Source: a virus (Duplodnaviria; Caudoviricetes). From it: a DNA stretch of 34,385 nt. The notes beneath the pieces are model-generated. The model worked only from the letters and a program-made list of their open reading frames with translations. It ran no database searches and had not been told where the DNA came from. Both the position numbers and the translations under genes were made by a program. Positions 17,229 through 25,721 of the stretch are shown here, one piece after another. Numbering within the stretch: position 1 is the first letter of the stretch; every line of letters begins with the position of its first letter. The stretch spans positions 1 to 34,385 of IMG/VR virus record IMGVR_UViG_3300038379_000354; one strand, 5' to 3'.

Positions 17229-18488
17229 ATGGCGCTCCGTAAGTTCCTGTTCCAAAACCAAACTGAAGGTTTCTTCGAGGAGCAGGCAGCGACCGACGAG
17301 ATCTCTCTCGGTAAGGTCACTGCTGTCGGTGTCGGCGGCATCGCCTTCGACGCGTCTTCGCAGCGCATCGTCAGCGTCGCGACGCCCACGGCGGGCACGG
17401 ACGCCGTCAACAAGAACTACGTCGATTCCGTTGCGACGGGCCTCGACGTGAAGCAGTCCGTTCGCCTCGCGACGGTCGCCGCGCTTCCCGCCAACACCCC
17501 CGCGGGCACGGGCGTTGGAAAGACGCTCACCGCGAACGCGAACGGCGCGCTCTCGGTCGACGGTGTGGCGGTGGCGGTCGGCAATCGCATCCTCGTGAAG
17601 AACGAGGCGGCAGCCGACGACAACGGGATCTACACCGTGACCGCGACCGGCGACGGCTCGAACCCGTACGTGCTCACGCGCGCCACGGACTTCGATCAGG
17701 ACGCGGAGGTCACGGCCGGTGCCTTCACCTTCGTGGCCGAGGGCAGCACGCTCGCCGACACTGGCTGGGTCCTCACGACGAATGACCCGATCACGGTCGA
17801 CACGACCTCGCTCGCCTTCTCGCAGTTCTCCTCGACGACCGCCTACACCTTCGACCAGGGCCTCTCCAACACGGCGGGCTCCATCAAGGTCGAGCTGGAC
17901 ACGGGTGCAGATGCGCAAGGTGCGGGTGCCGGTGGCGGCAGCTCGGGCCTGGAGTTCGACGTCAATACCGCAGCGGGCAAGCTCCGCGCAGCGGTGTCGG
18001 CGACGCGCGCGATCAATCGCTTCGGCGACGGCCTCGGTATCGAGGTCGACCCGCAGGCGAATACGGCCGGATCGAATCCGAGCACGGCGGTCTCCGCGAC
18101 GGGCCTCACGGTCGTCCGTTCTCCGAAGACCGAGGAGAACTACATCGCGTCGGAAGCGATCGCGGTGGGCGATCCGGTCGCGTGGAGCACGACGAACAAC
18201 AAGCTCGTGAAGGGCCGCGGGGACACGGACGCGAAGGCGCGCATCGTCGGCGTCGCGCGCACCGCAGCGGCGGCGGATACCGAAACCCTCGCCGTCGTCT
18301 CGGACGGTGTGGCAGCGGGCACGCTCACGGGCGCGACCGCGGGCGATCCGTACTACCTTCAGGACACGGGCGGCGTGGGCACGTTCGCGGCTATCACCGC
18401 GGGCAAGCGCGTGATCCGCGTCGGCTTCGCGAAGAACGCGACTGACCTCTTCGTGCAGGTCATGGACCTGGGCAAGAAGGCCGCGTAA
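17229..18488 (+). CDS. Putative head/tail fibre or decoration protein
   Basis: PTAGTDAVNKNYVD trimer-stalk motif, VDGV.V.VGNRILVKNE...NGIY...TRATDFD module, cement-like C-terminal domain. Confidence 0.75.
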   Translation: MALRKFLFQNQTEGFFEEQAATDEISLGKVTAVGVGGIAFDASSQRIVSVATPTAGTDAVNKNYVDSVATGLDVKQSVRLATVAALPANTPAGTGVGKTLTANANGALSVDGVAVAVGNRILVKNEAAADDNGIYTVTATGDGSNPYVLTRATDFDQDAEVTAGAFTFVAEGSTLADTGWVLTTNDPITVDTTSLAFSQFSSTTAYTFDQGLSNTAGSIKVELDTGADAQGAGAGGGSSGLEFDVNTAAGKLRAAVSATRAINRFGDGLGIEVDPQANTAGSNPSTAVSATGLTVVRSPKTEENYIASEAIAVGDPVAWSTTNNKLVKGRGDTDAKARIVGVARTAAAADTETLAVVSDGVAAGTLTGATAGDPYYLQDTGGVGTFAAITAGKRVIRVGFAKNATDLFVQVMDLGKKAA

Positions 18489-18700
18489 TGGCCCGCAAGC
18501 GCGGCAAGCCCGCGTGCCACGGTGCGAACCTCATCTCGCACCGTGGCGGCTCTTCGCAGGCCGCTCTCGCATCGAGTGCGGACGTTCCACTCTCGAGTGT
18601 CATCAAAGCCGAGAAGTACCGGCGCACGAACGAGCAGGTCATCACGAAGCTCGCGACGACACTCGGCGTCGCAGAGAACGCGATCACGCGCGGAGCGTAA
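18488..18700 (+). CDS. Hypothetical protein
   Basis: 70-aa ORF coupled to the previous stop (TAATG) and ending 3 nt before the next start. Confidence 0.5.
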   Translation: MARKRGKPACHGANLISHRGGSSQAALASSADVPLSSVIKAEKYRRTNEQVITKLATTLGVAENAITRGA

Positions 18701-18703
18701 CGC

Positions 18704-18988
18704 ATGGCAGTCGGTCCCGATCGCGTCCAAGTCATCAAGCGCGAGTCCGCCGCGCTTGGTGGCGACGGTGCGGACGACGCGGATTACACCGCGCCGCTCG
18801 ACCCGCAAGAGGACGCGATCGAAACCGCTGGCGTGTACCTGCAAGACGGATCGAACCGCGATGAGGGAGTCTACGTCGAGCGAGACGGGCAGAACATGCG
18901 CTTCCGAGATCAGAAAAACACGACGCCTGTTTCGCTCACGGACCTCCGCATCTCGTTCCGTCGTCACTTCTTACTGATGGGTGGGTGA
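18704..18988 (+). CDS. Hypothetical protein
   Basis: GGAG RBS, 94 aa ending RRHFLLMGG, tightly packed. Confidence 0.6.
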   Translation: MAVGPDRVQVIKRESAALGGDGADDADYTAPLDPQEDAIETAGVYLQDGSNRDEGVYVERDGQNMRFRDQKNTTPVSLTDLRISFRRHFLLMGG

Positions 18989-18991
18989 GGC

Positions 18992-19321
18992 ATGGGCGAG
19001 GTACTCAAAGTTCTCGGTCAGCGCACTCCCGCCGCGACGACACAAGAGGCGCTCTACACCGTGCCCGGCTCCACCGTTGCCACGGTCTCGTCCCTTCTTG
19101 TCTGCAACCAGAACAACGCGACGGTAAAGTTCCGCGTGCGGATCAAGGTGAACGGCGAAGCGGACGCCGCGAAGCAGTTCATCTACTACGACGCGGAGAT
19201 CGGCAAGTTGGACACCTTCGCAGCCACGCTAGGGCTGACGCTTGGTGCGGGTGACGTCGTGGCGATCTACGTCGACACGGCCAACGTGAGCTTCAACCTC
19301 TTCGGTGTTGAGGTGTCCTGA
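18992..19321 (+). CDS. Putative virion structural protein (beta-sandwich)
   Basis: 109 aa. LYTVP...TVSSLLVCN...FIYYD...LTLGAGD...VSFNLFGVE pattern common in small phage structural proteins. Confidence 0.7.
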   Translation: MGEVLKVLGQRTPAATTQEALYTVPGSTVATVSSLLVCNQNNATVKFRVRIKVNGEADAAKQFIYYDAEIGKLDTFAATLGLTLGAGDVVAIYVDTANVSFNLFGVEVS

Positions 19322-20139
19322 TGAGCCAGGGCACCTCTGTCCAGAAGGTTGCCGGTAGTGATGGCACCAGCGTCCGTGTCATCAAGACGGACGCGGACGG
19401 CCGCATCGAGACCGCCGCCGCGGGATCGACCGCCACGACCAAAGGCTTCGCGTCGGGAAAGGTCGTGCTGGCGACGACTACGCCCTCCCCAGTTCGCGCG
19501 ACAACCTACACCGAGCCGTCAAGCAACGCGCAGCGATCTTTCTCATCAAACAACGCGAACGATTCGAGCGCCGGCACGGGCATGCGCACGTTGCGCCTCA
19601 CCTACTACGCGTTGTCGGCCGGCGTGATTACTGGCCCCTTCACGGAGACCATCACACTCAACGGCACGACGCCCGTGAACACTGTCGCCTCCAACATCTG
19701 CTACGTCGAGAGCATCAAAGCACTGACAGTCGGATCGACGGGCTCGAACGTCGGCATCATCTCGATGTTCGCTTCGACGGGTGGCGGCGGCGGGACCGTG
19801 TGGACGATCGCAGCGACGGAGAAGCAGACCTTCGCCGCGCACCACTACGTGCCTAGCGATCAAGTGGCGTACGTCACGGGCTTCACGGCTGGGATCAAGG
19901 GCGCCGACACTACGGGCGCCATCCTAGTCGCGAAGAATCCCACGAACGCGAATGCGGCGGAGGTTCAGATCAGCGATCTCCTTCGTGTGCCTTCGAGCGG
20001 GCAGGCCAACCGCACCTACGGCACACCAATCGAGGTTGCTGGTCCCGCACGCATCACCGCCTTTGCGTTGCCCGACAGTACCTCCAGCCGCACCTACTAC
20101 GCGTCTTTCGACTTCTATGAGCAGGAGGCGGCAGCATGA
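19321..20139 (+). CDS. Putative virion structural protein (Ser/Thr-rich, beta)
   Basis: 272 aa. SSNNANDSSAGTGMRT...ETITLNGTTPV module. Translationally coupled at both ends. Confidence 0.7.
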   Translation: MSQGTSVQKVAGSDGTSVRVIKTDADGRIETAAAGSTATTKGFASGKVVLATTTPSPVRATTYTEPSSNAQRSFSSNNANDSSAGTGMRTLRLTYYALSAGVITGPFTETITLNGTTPVNTVASNICYVESIKALTVGSTGSNVGIISMFASTGGGGGTVWTIAATEKQTFAAHHYVPSDQVAYVTGFTAGIKGADTTGAILVAKNPTNANAAEVQISDLLRVPSSGQANRTYGTPIEVAGPARITAFALPDSTSSRTYYASFDFYEQEAAA

Positions 20140-20624
20140 GCCAGCTCGCCACTTACCGCGTCGCCGCTTCGCTCGCGGGCGCCGCCAACAAGGTCATGCT
20201 CGCGGTGCTCAACCCTGCCGGGTCGGGCAAGATCATCAGGGTCAAGCGGTTCAGTATCTTCGTTCCCTCTTCTTCGGGTACTGAGGTCGTCGTGCATTGG
20301 GAAGCGCGCATGGCGACCGCGTTCTCGGGCGGGACCGCAGCGACGCCGACGAAGGCCGACTCCGCCGACGCTGCCTCCGCTGCTACGTGCCTCACGGGGG
20401 CGACGACCATCACGCCGACCGATCCCGCGCAGCCGCTCGTTGAAGACGTGGTGGTGCAGATCAACACCTTTCAAAGTCCTGACAGCTATCGGTTCGACCT
20501 CGCGAAGAGCGCGGACGAGAAGCCGGTCGTTCTTCGCGCGGGGGAAGGCTTCTACCTGAAGCAGATCGAAAGCAACACGTCGACACACAAGGTCGGGATC
20601 GTCTACACCGAAGAGGCACCATGA
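20136..20624 (+). CDS. Putative virion structural protein
   Basis: AGGAGG RBS, ATGA overlap, 162 aa beta-rich, PVVLRAGEG motif. Confidence 0.7.
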   Translation: MSQLATYRVAASLAGAANKVMLAVLNPAGSGKIIRVKRFSIFVPSSSGTEVVVHWEARMATAFSGGTAATPTKADSADAASAATCLTGATTITPTDPAQPLVEDVVVQINTFQSPDSYRFDLAKSADEKPVVLRAGEGFYLKQIESNTSTHKVGIVYTEEAP

Positions 20625-21535
20625 ATCGCGTATCGTTTCTACTCATCGCCCTCCTGGCGTTCTTCACCGCGTGCGCTGCGGGCAGCGGGGCCAAGCCCGA
20701 GCCGGCGAGCGAGACCACGCTCCGCTACACGACGGCTTGCAAGACATGCTCGAACGTGACGCCGCAGCAGAAGGTGATCCTCGTCCACGGACGCGGCGAC
20801 AGCCCCGCGCGATGGGACACGCTTGTCACGAATTGGTCGAGCAAGGGCTTCACGGAGAACGTGAACCTCTTCCGCATCGACCTCGCGGCTTACTGCACCT
20901 CGAACACGTTCTGCGCCATGCTCCCCGCCCCCGATGGGACGGGTGCGACCTACGTGAACGAGAGCTACGCCAAGTGCCTCAAGCGCTACGTCGACGAGAA
21001 GGTTCCGTGCGACTCGGACGCCGGCACGTGCCCAGCCGTCGACATCGTCACGCACTCGCAGGGCGGCATCGTCGCGCGGTACTACGCGCGCTTCCTCGCG
21101 GCGCCCCGGCAGGTGAACGACCTTGTCGTGATGGCCGCGCCGAACAACGGGATCACCAACTGCACGCTTGCCGGGTCGTGTCAGGGTGTGAACCCCGAGG
21201 ACTGCCCGGACTCCGCCTTCATGCGCAAGCTGAACGGCGTATCCCCGCAAGGGGACGGAACGAACGATGAGACGCCGGGGGCGAGCCAGCTTGGGCCTGT
21301 CCACTACGACGCGATCCTCTCCACCGGAGACAAGACGGTTGTGCCGTGGTGTACGGCCTACTTCATCCTGAACCCGCAGACGCAACAGGGCGACGATCTG
21401 TCTTGCTCCGGCGCGGGGAACTACACGCTCGACACCGAGGCGGACTCCTGCAAGCTGTCGAACATCCAGCACCTCGTCGTCCCGACGAATGCGACGGCCA
21501 TCAACCACGCCTACTGCCAGGTGACGGCGGACTGA
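20621..21535 (+). CDS. Cys-rich lipoprotein alpha/beta-hydrolase (lipase/esterase family)
   Basis: Signal peptide with lipobox-like FTAC (Cys18). VILVHG oxyanion motif, VDIVTHSQGG nucleophile elbow, AAPNNG, DETPG, GDKTV (Asp), IQHL (His). Confidence 0.85.
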   Translation: MNRVSFLLIALLAFFTACAAGSGAKPEPASETTLRYTTACKTCSNVTPQQKVILVHGRGDSPARWDTLVTNWSSKGFTENVNLFRIDLAAYCTSNTFCAMLPAPDGTGATYVNESYAKCLKRYVDEKVPCDSDAGTCPAVDIVTHSQGGIVARYYARFLAAPRQVNDLVVMAAPNNGITNCTLAGSCQGVNPEDCPDSAFMRKLNGVSPQGDGTNDETPGASQLGPVHYDAILSTGDKTVVPWCTAYFILNPQTQQGDDLSCSGAGNYTLDTEADSCKLSNIQHLVVPTNATAINHAYCQVTAD

Positions 21536-22006
21536 ATGAGCTGCGTCGCGTGGGCACCGACGATGACTGCCGCTTCCCTCGATCTCACGATTGAGAAGGA
21601 AGGCATTGGCGGTGTCGTCGGCCTCGCGCCGACCGTGGCCTTGCGCAACGCGGCCACGCTTAACAGCTACTTCGATTGGGCCGACTCGACATTCAAGACG
21701 AGCGGCTGGACAACCAAGTATGCGGCAATGACGGCGGTGGAGCGCGGGCACTACCGACGTGCGCTCGACCTCTCTACCACGCCTTCGATCATCGAGGGGA
21801 TGGCGCTCGTCGCGGAGTACCACGTCGACAACGGAAGCGGGATCATCGGCGACGCCCACGACATCATCACGGTCGCGGACGCGGCAGCCATCGCGGCGGC
21901 GGTCTGGGACGCGCAGCTTGCGGATCACCTCGACGCCGGCACGACGGGAGAGGCCCTCGCGAACGCTGGCAACGATGTAGTCAGGGCGACCGGCATTCCC
22001 CCGTGA
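21536..22006 (+). CDS. Hypothetical structural protein
   Basis: 156 aa abutting the lipase stop. IAAAVWD...H..AGTTGEAL C-terminal motif seen in phage virion proteins. Confidence 0.6.
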   Translation: MSCVAWAPTMTAASLDLTIEKEGIGGVVGLAPTVALRNAATLNSYFDWADSTFKTSGWTTKYAAMTAVERGHYRRALDLSTTPSIIEGMALVAEYHVDNGSGIIGDAHDIITVADAAAIAAAVWDAQLADHLDAGTTGEALANAGNDVVRATGIPP

Positions 22007-22019
22007 TAGGGTAGGAAGC

Positions 22020-23138
22020 ATGCCGGCGCTCGCTAGAGGACAGACTTCCAACTGCGCGTTCCCGCAGCTCGACGTCTTCATCTCCGTCAACGGAATCCTG
22101 ACGGACGTGTACTCGCTCGAGTTCCAGGTTTTCGAGCTCGTCTCGAATCCTGGCGTCCCCACGCAGGTCTACCCGGTGTCGGGCCGACAGACGGTCAACG
22201 TGGGGATCACGTGCCCGACCGCGAACGCCGGGCGCATTAGCGTGGGTCGTTACTTCGCCACGTGGACGGTGCCGCTTTCCGAGCTCATCGGCCCGCACCG
22301 CGTCAAGTGGTTCTTCAAGGTGAGCGCGACCTCTTCGGAGATCGTCTTCCAAGAAGACTTCGAGGTGCTGGCCGAGGGCACCGCGACCGGCATGACCGGC
22401 TACTGCACGGTGCAAGACCTTCGCGACGAGGGTGTCACTACGACGATGGCTGATGACGCCTTCCTCTCGCGCCGCATCGCGCTCGCGTCCCGGTTCATCG
22501 ATGCTGCCACGAAGCGCTTCTTCGAGCCGCGCACCATGACGATCAAGGTGGATGGTAAGGGCGGGCCGAAGATCCTCCTCAGCGACCCCATCATCGCTAT
22601 CTCAGAGGTCCTCTTCGACACGACGCCCTACGAGCCGGCCGCGACCGAGATCGACCCAGACCTCCTGGTCATCTACAACCGGCACCTCACGCAAGGGCTT
22701 GTCTCGCCCGACGACCGCAACAACCCGAAGATCGAGCTCTTCCACCCGTCCGAGATGCTGTATCAGTACGGGTCCGCACGCACGTGGTCGAACCTCATCT
22801 TCCCCTTGGGACAGCAGAATGTGACGATCATCGGCGTGTTCGGCTACACGGACCCCGACCCGCCGAATTCGTCCGGCAAGACGCCAGACCTCATCTCGCA
22901 CGTGTGCAAGCTCATCACCATCCGTGAGCTCGACAAGATGACGAACACGTCGGCGCGCTTCGACCGCCACAATCGCCATCGCCTCACGAGCGAGCGCACG
23001 CGCGATCAAGCCTACACACTCGAGGGACTCGGCGCGCTCGGCGGTGGCCGAATCGCCGGCTCCGCCTGGACTGGCGACCCCGAGATCGACAGCATCTTGG
23101 CTTACTACACGAGGCCCCCTGCCTTGGGGGCTACATGA
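22020..23138 (+). CDS. Head-tail connector/adaptor with N-terminal beta extension
   Basis: AGGA RBS. YCTVQDLRDEG...RRIALASRFIDAATKRFF and GVFGY...P..I..VC are adaptor (gp6/gp15-like) features. Confidence 0.75.
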   Translation: MPALARGQTSNCAFPQLDVFISVNGILTDVYSLEFQVFELVSNPGVPTQVYPVSGRQTVNVGITCPTANAGRISVGRYFATWTVPLSELIGPHRVKWFFKVSATSSEIVFQEDFEVLAEGTATGMTGYCTVQDLRDEGVTTTMADDAFLSRRIALASRFIDAATKRFFEPRTMTIKVDGKGGPKILLSDPIIAISEVLFDTTPYEPAATEIDPDLLVIYNRHLTQGLVSPDDRNNPKIELFHPSEMLYQYGSARTWSNLIFPLGQQNVTIIGVFGYTDPDPPNSSGKTPDLISHVCKLITIRELDKMTNTSARFDRHNRHRLTSERTRDQAYTLEGLGALGGGRIAGSAWTGDPEIDSILAYYTRPPALGAT

Positions 23139-23299
23139 CGAAGACCGAGAAGGATCGTCACGAGACGGGGCGCGTGCGCGGGCTGTTTTGCTACAACTGC
23201 AACGTCGCGATCGGGCTGATGCAGCACGATGAAGCGCGCCTCGAAGCGGCCGTCGACTACCTCGAAAGGAGCAAGGCGCAATGCGCGGAAGACTCCTGA
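23135..23299 (+). pseudogene. N-terminally truncated endonuclease VII (His-Me finger) remnant
   Basis: My translation: MTKTEKDRHETGRVRGLFCYNCNVAIGLMQHDEARLEAAVDYLERSKAQCAEDS*. Matches the endo VII C-half H.TG.VRGLLC..CN..LG...L..A..YL but lacks the first CxxC and the D-H motif. Confidence 0.8.
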
Positions 23300-23796
23300 A
23301 CCCCTTCAAGGCGAAGGTCGCGCGCCTCGATACGGTCGGCACGGCGGCAGACCCGGACGCGGGCGGCCCTCTCACCAGCGGCTACGATCCCATCTTCCGC
23401 GAGCCTCTTCCCAAGGTCGGCGGTGGCAACTATCGCAAGGAGCATGACGCGCTGCTCATTCCCTGCCAGGTCGAGTTCGATGACATCGTCGATCAACTTG
23501 CGCAAGCGTCGGCGGGGCAAGAGACAACGACCAAGGTTCGCATCATCTTCCACTTCGAGGATCTCGAGCGTATGAGTCTCGTCGACGCCACGACAGGCCA
23601 GGCGCTCCTTCGCCTCAACGACCGGCTGCTCTCGATTCACCGCTTCGATGACGAGACACTCATCCAGACGGTCGGTCTCGACGCCAACGGCTACTTCTGC
23701 ACGGAGGCCAGGCCAGTCTCGTTCGGCCTATCTGGCGGTGCGCGGAACCTTCTCGTCTGCGTCTACGAGGCGCGCGACAACACGGTGCGGCAGTGA
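23281..23796 (+). CDS. Putative head closure (stopper) protein
   Basis: AAGGAG RBS, 171 aa, GYDPIFREP motif. Position after the adaptor. Confidence 0.65.
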   Translation: MRGRLLNPFKAKVARLDTVGTAADPDAGGPLTSGYDPIFREPLPKVGGGNYRKEHDALLIPCQVEFDDIVDQLAQASAGQETTTKVRIIFHFEDLERMSLVDATTGQALLRLNDRLLSIHRFDDETLIQTVGLDANGYFCTEARPVSFGLSGGARNLLVCVYEARDNTVRQ

Positions 23797-24341
23797 TCGG
23801 CGTCAAGCTCATTGGCGATTGGAAGCTGGCGAAGAGGGTGCTCGAGACCGCACCCGCAGCTTTCGACCGCGCGCTGAAGGCCACCATCGGGGCCGAGGCT
23901 GAGCGCATCGCGGGGGCCATTCGGAAGAAGATCGCGAGCGGTGTGCCCCCGCCGAATGCCCCGAGCACGGTCTACTTGAAGGGCAGCTCCAAGACCCTCA
24001 TCGCCTCGGGCGAGATGCAGAAAACCGTGCAGGTGGTGTGGAAGGGCAAGTTCCAGGCGTTCATCGGGATCCCTGCGAACGCGAAGAAGGGCACCGCGCG
24101 CCTCGCCGACATTCACGAGTCCGGGCGCGTCATCGTGCAGCAGATGACCCCGAAGCAGCGGCGCTTCCTCCACGCCAAGTTCCCCGGATACACGGGAAGC
24201 GGGACTGGCATCATCGTGATCCACATCCCGGCCCGCCCCTTCATCAAGCCCGTCTTCGAGGACTATGAGAAGAGCGGCAAGCCCAAGTTCTTGAAGGCGC
24301 TCGGGGAGAACCTCGACGGCTGGGCACACGGAGGCGGGTGA
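23793..24341 (+). CDS. Neck/tail completion protein (HK97 gp10 / Mu gpG-like)
   Basis: PPNAPSTVYLKGSSKTLIASGEM, IHESG, IPARPFIKP motifs. Confidence 0.8.
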   Translation: MIGVKLIGDWKLAKRVLETAPAAFDRALKATIGAEAERIAGAIRKKIASGVPPPNAPSTVYLKGSSKTLIASGEMQKTVQVVWKGKFQAFIGIPANAKKGTARLADIHESGRVIVQQMTPKQRRFLHAKFPGYTGSGTGIIVIHIPARPFIKPVFEDYEKSGKPKFLKALGENLDGWAHGGG

Positions 24342-25414
24342 TGGGTGTCCCCACTATCACGAAGATCGACAAGAACGCCGGCCCCACGGGCGGACGGCGC
24401 CTCGTCAAGATCTGGGGAGGCAACTTCCAGCTCGCCCCCGCCCCCCCGCTTTCGGGGCCGGCCCCTGTACCGAATCCGAGTGTGGAGGTCCTCTTCGGCG
24501 CGGTGAAGGCGCGCGAGGTGCGCGTGATGGCGCCCTCGCTACTCCACGTGATCACGCCGATCAGCGACCCCGGCCTCGTGTCGGTCACCGTTCGCAACAT
24601 CGACCAAGCGGGGGCGGTCATTCCAGGCGAAACGGTGACCGTGGCGGACGCGTACACCTTCGCGCGCCCCGAGCTGAGCAACCCCGAGGTGAAGAAGCGC
24701 AGCAACCTCACCCGCCTCGTCATGGCTGTCGTGACGGAGCTCCGGCGCCAGATCCTCGACAACACCATCCTCGCGACGAGCACGGACTACGACGACACAC
24801 CTTCCGGCGCGAACGTGGCCGCGCTGCCGAGTACGCCGGGCCTCGTGCTCTCGGGGCCATTCCTTCGGCAGAACCGCTTCTTCGCGACCAACCAACCTCG
24901 CGTCGAGAATGATGGGGACGGCGCGTCTTTCGAGCAGCGGCCCGCGCGTACCGTCGACCTCGCCTTCACACTCATCGGCGTTGACGACAGCTCGATTCGC
25001 GAGCTCGACCTGATGCACGAATGCACCGCGTTCTTCCAGCGGAACACGTATCTGCGCATGCTTCGAGATCCCGAGGTCGCGGAGACCTACGTGGAGTACG
25101 AGCTCGACTTGGAGTCGGATGGCGACTTCAAGCAGACCGGGACGGCCAACAACTCGAACATCCGTGCCTTCAGTGGTAACTTCGTCGTTCGTGGGTTCGA
25201 TGTGGACGACGAGGACATGGCCGTGATAGCGGCTCCGTCCGTGCAGGAGGTCGTCCCCACCGGGTCCGCAAGCGTTGGCGAGATCGGCTCGCCACCGCAG
25301 CCGTTCATCTTCTACGGGCAGCCCGGTGTCACGCCGCGACCGCCTGTTCAACCGCCCCCCGCTCTTGGGCCTGGAAACTCAGGTCCCATCGAGCAGATCC
25401 CCCCGGAGGAGTGA
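24341..25414 (+). CDS. IPT/TIG-domain protein, probable tail terminator
   Basis: PTITKIDKNAGPTGG..VKIWGGNF...VLFG...ITP...VSVTVRN is IPT/TIG-like. The C-half sits at the tail-terminator position before the sheath. Confidence 0.7.
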   Translation: MGVPTITKIDKNAGPTGGRRLVKIWGGNFQLAPAPPLSGPAPVPNPSVEVLFGAVKAREVRVMAPSLLHVITPISDPGLVSVTVRNIDQAGAVIPGETVTVADAYTFARPELSNPEVKKRSNLTRLVMAVVTELRRQILDNTILATSTDYDDTPSGANVAALPSTPGLVLSGPFLRQNRFFATNQPRVENDGDGASFEQRPARTVDLAFTLIGVDDSSIRELDLMHECTAFFQRNTYLRMLRDPEVAETYVEYELDLESDGDFKQTGTANNSNIRAFSGNFVVRGFDVDDEDMAVIAAPSVQEVVPTGSASVGEIGSPPQPFIFYGQPGVTPRPPVQPPPALGPGNSGPIEQIPPEE

Positions 25415-25689
25415 TGCCCACGCTCTCGAACCGCACGAAGCAGATCCAGGTCTTCAACATCCCCTGCGAGCCCGGTTGTACCGGGGGCGCTGGGAAGCTC
25501 TGTTCGACGGTCGAGCAGCGCTTCATGGTGGAGGCGCGCGATGGGACGCGTGGCGTCAAGGTCACGGAGAAGCACCTGCCGGGATCGGTCACGTTTCTGG
25601 CCGGGGAAAAGAAGGATGTCCCCGCCTCTGTCGCAGCGGCCCCCGATATCAAAACGGCCATCGACCGCGGAACCCTGCGGCTGCTATAA
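25414..25689 (+). CDS. Hypothetical protein
   Basis: GGAGGAG RBS, 91 aa, before the sheath gene. Confidence 0.65.
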   Translation: MPTLSNRTKQIQVFNIPCEPGCTGGAGKLCSTVEQRFMVEARDGTRGVKVTEKHLPGSVTFLAGEKKDVPASVAAAPDIKTAIDRGTLRLL

Positions 25690-25721
25690 GTAGCCAAAGG
25701 ACTCACCTCGAGGAGTGACCC

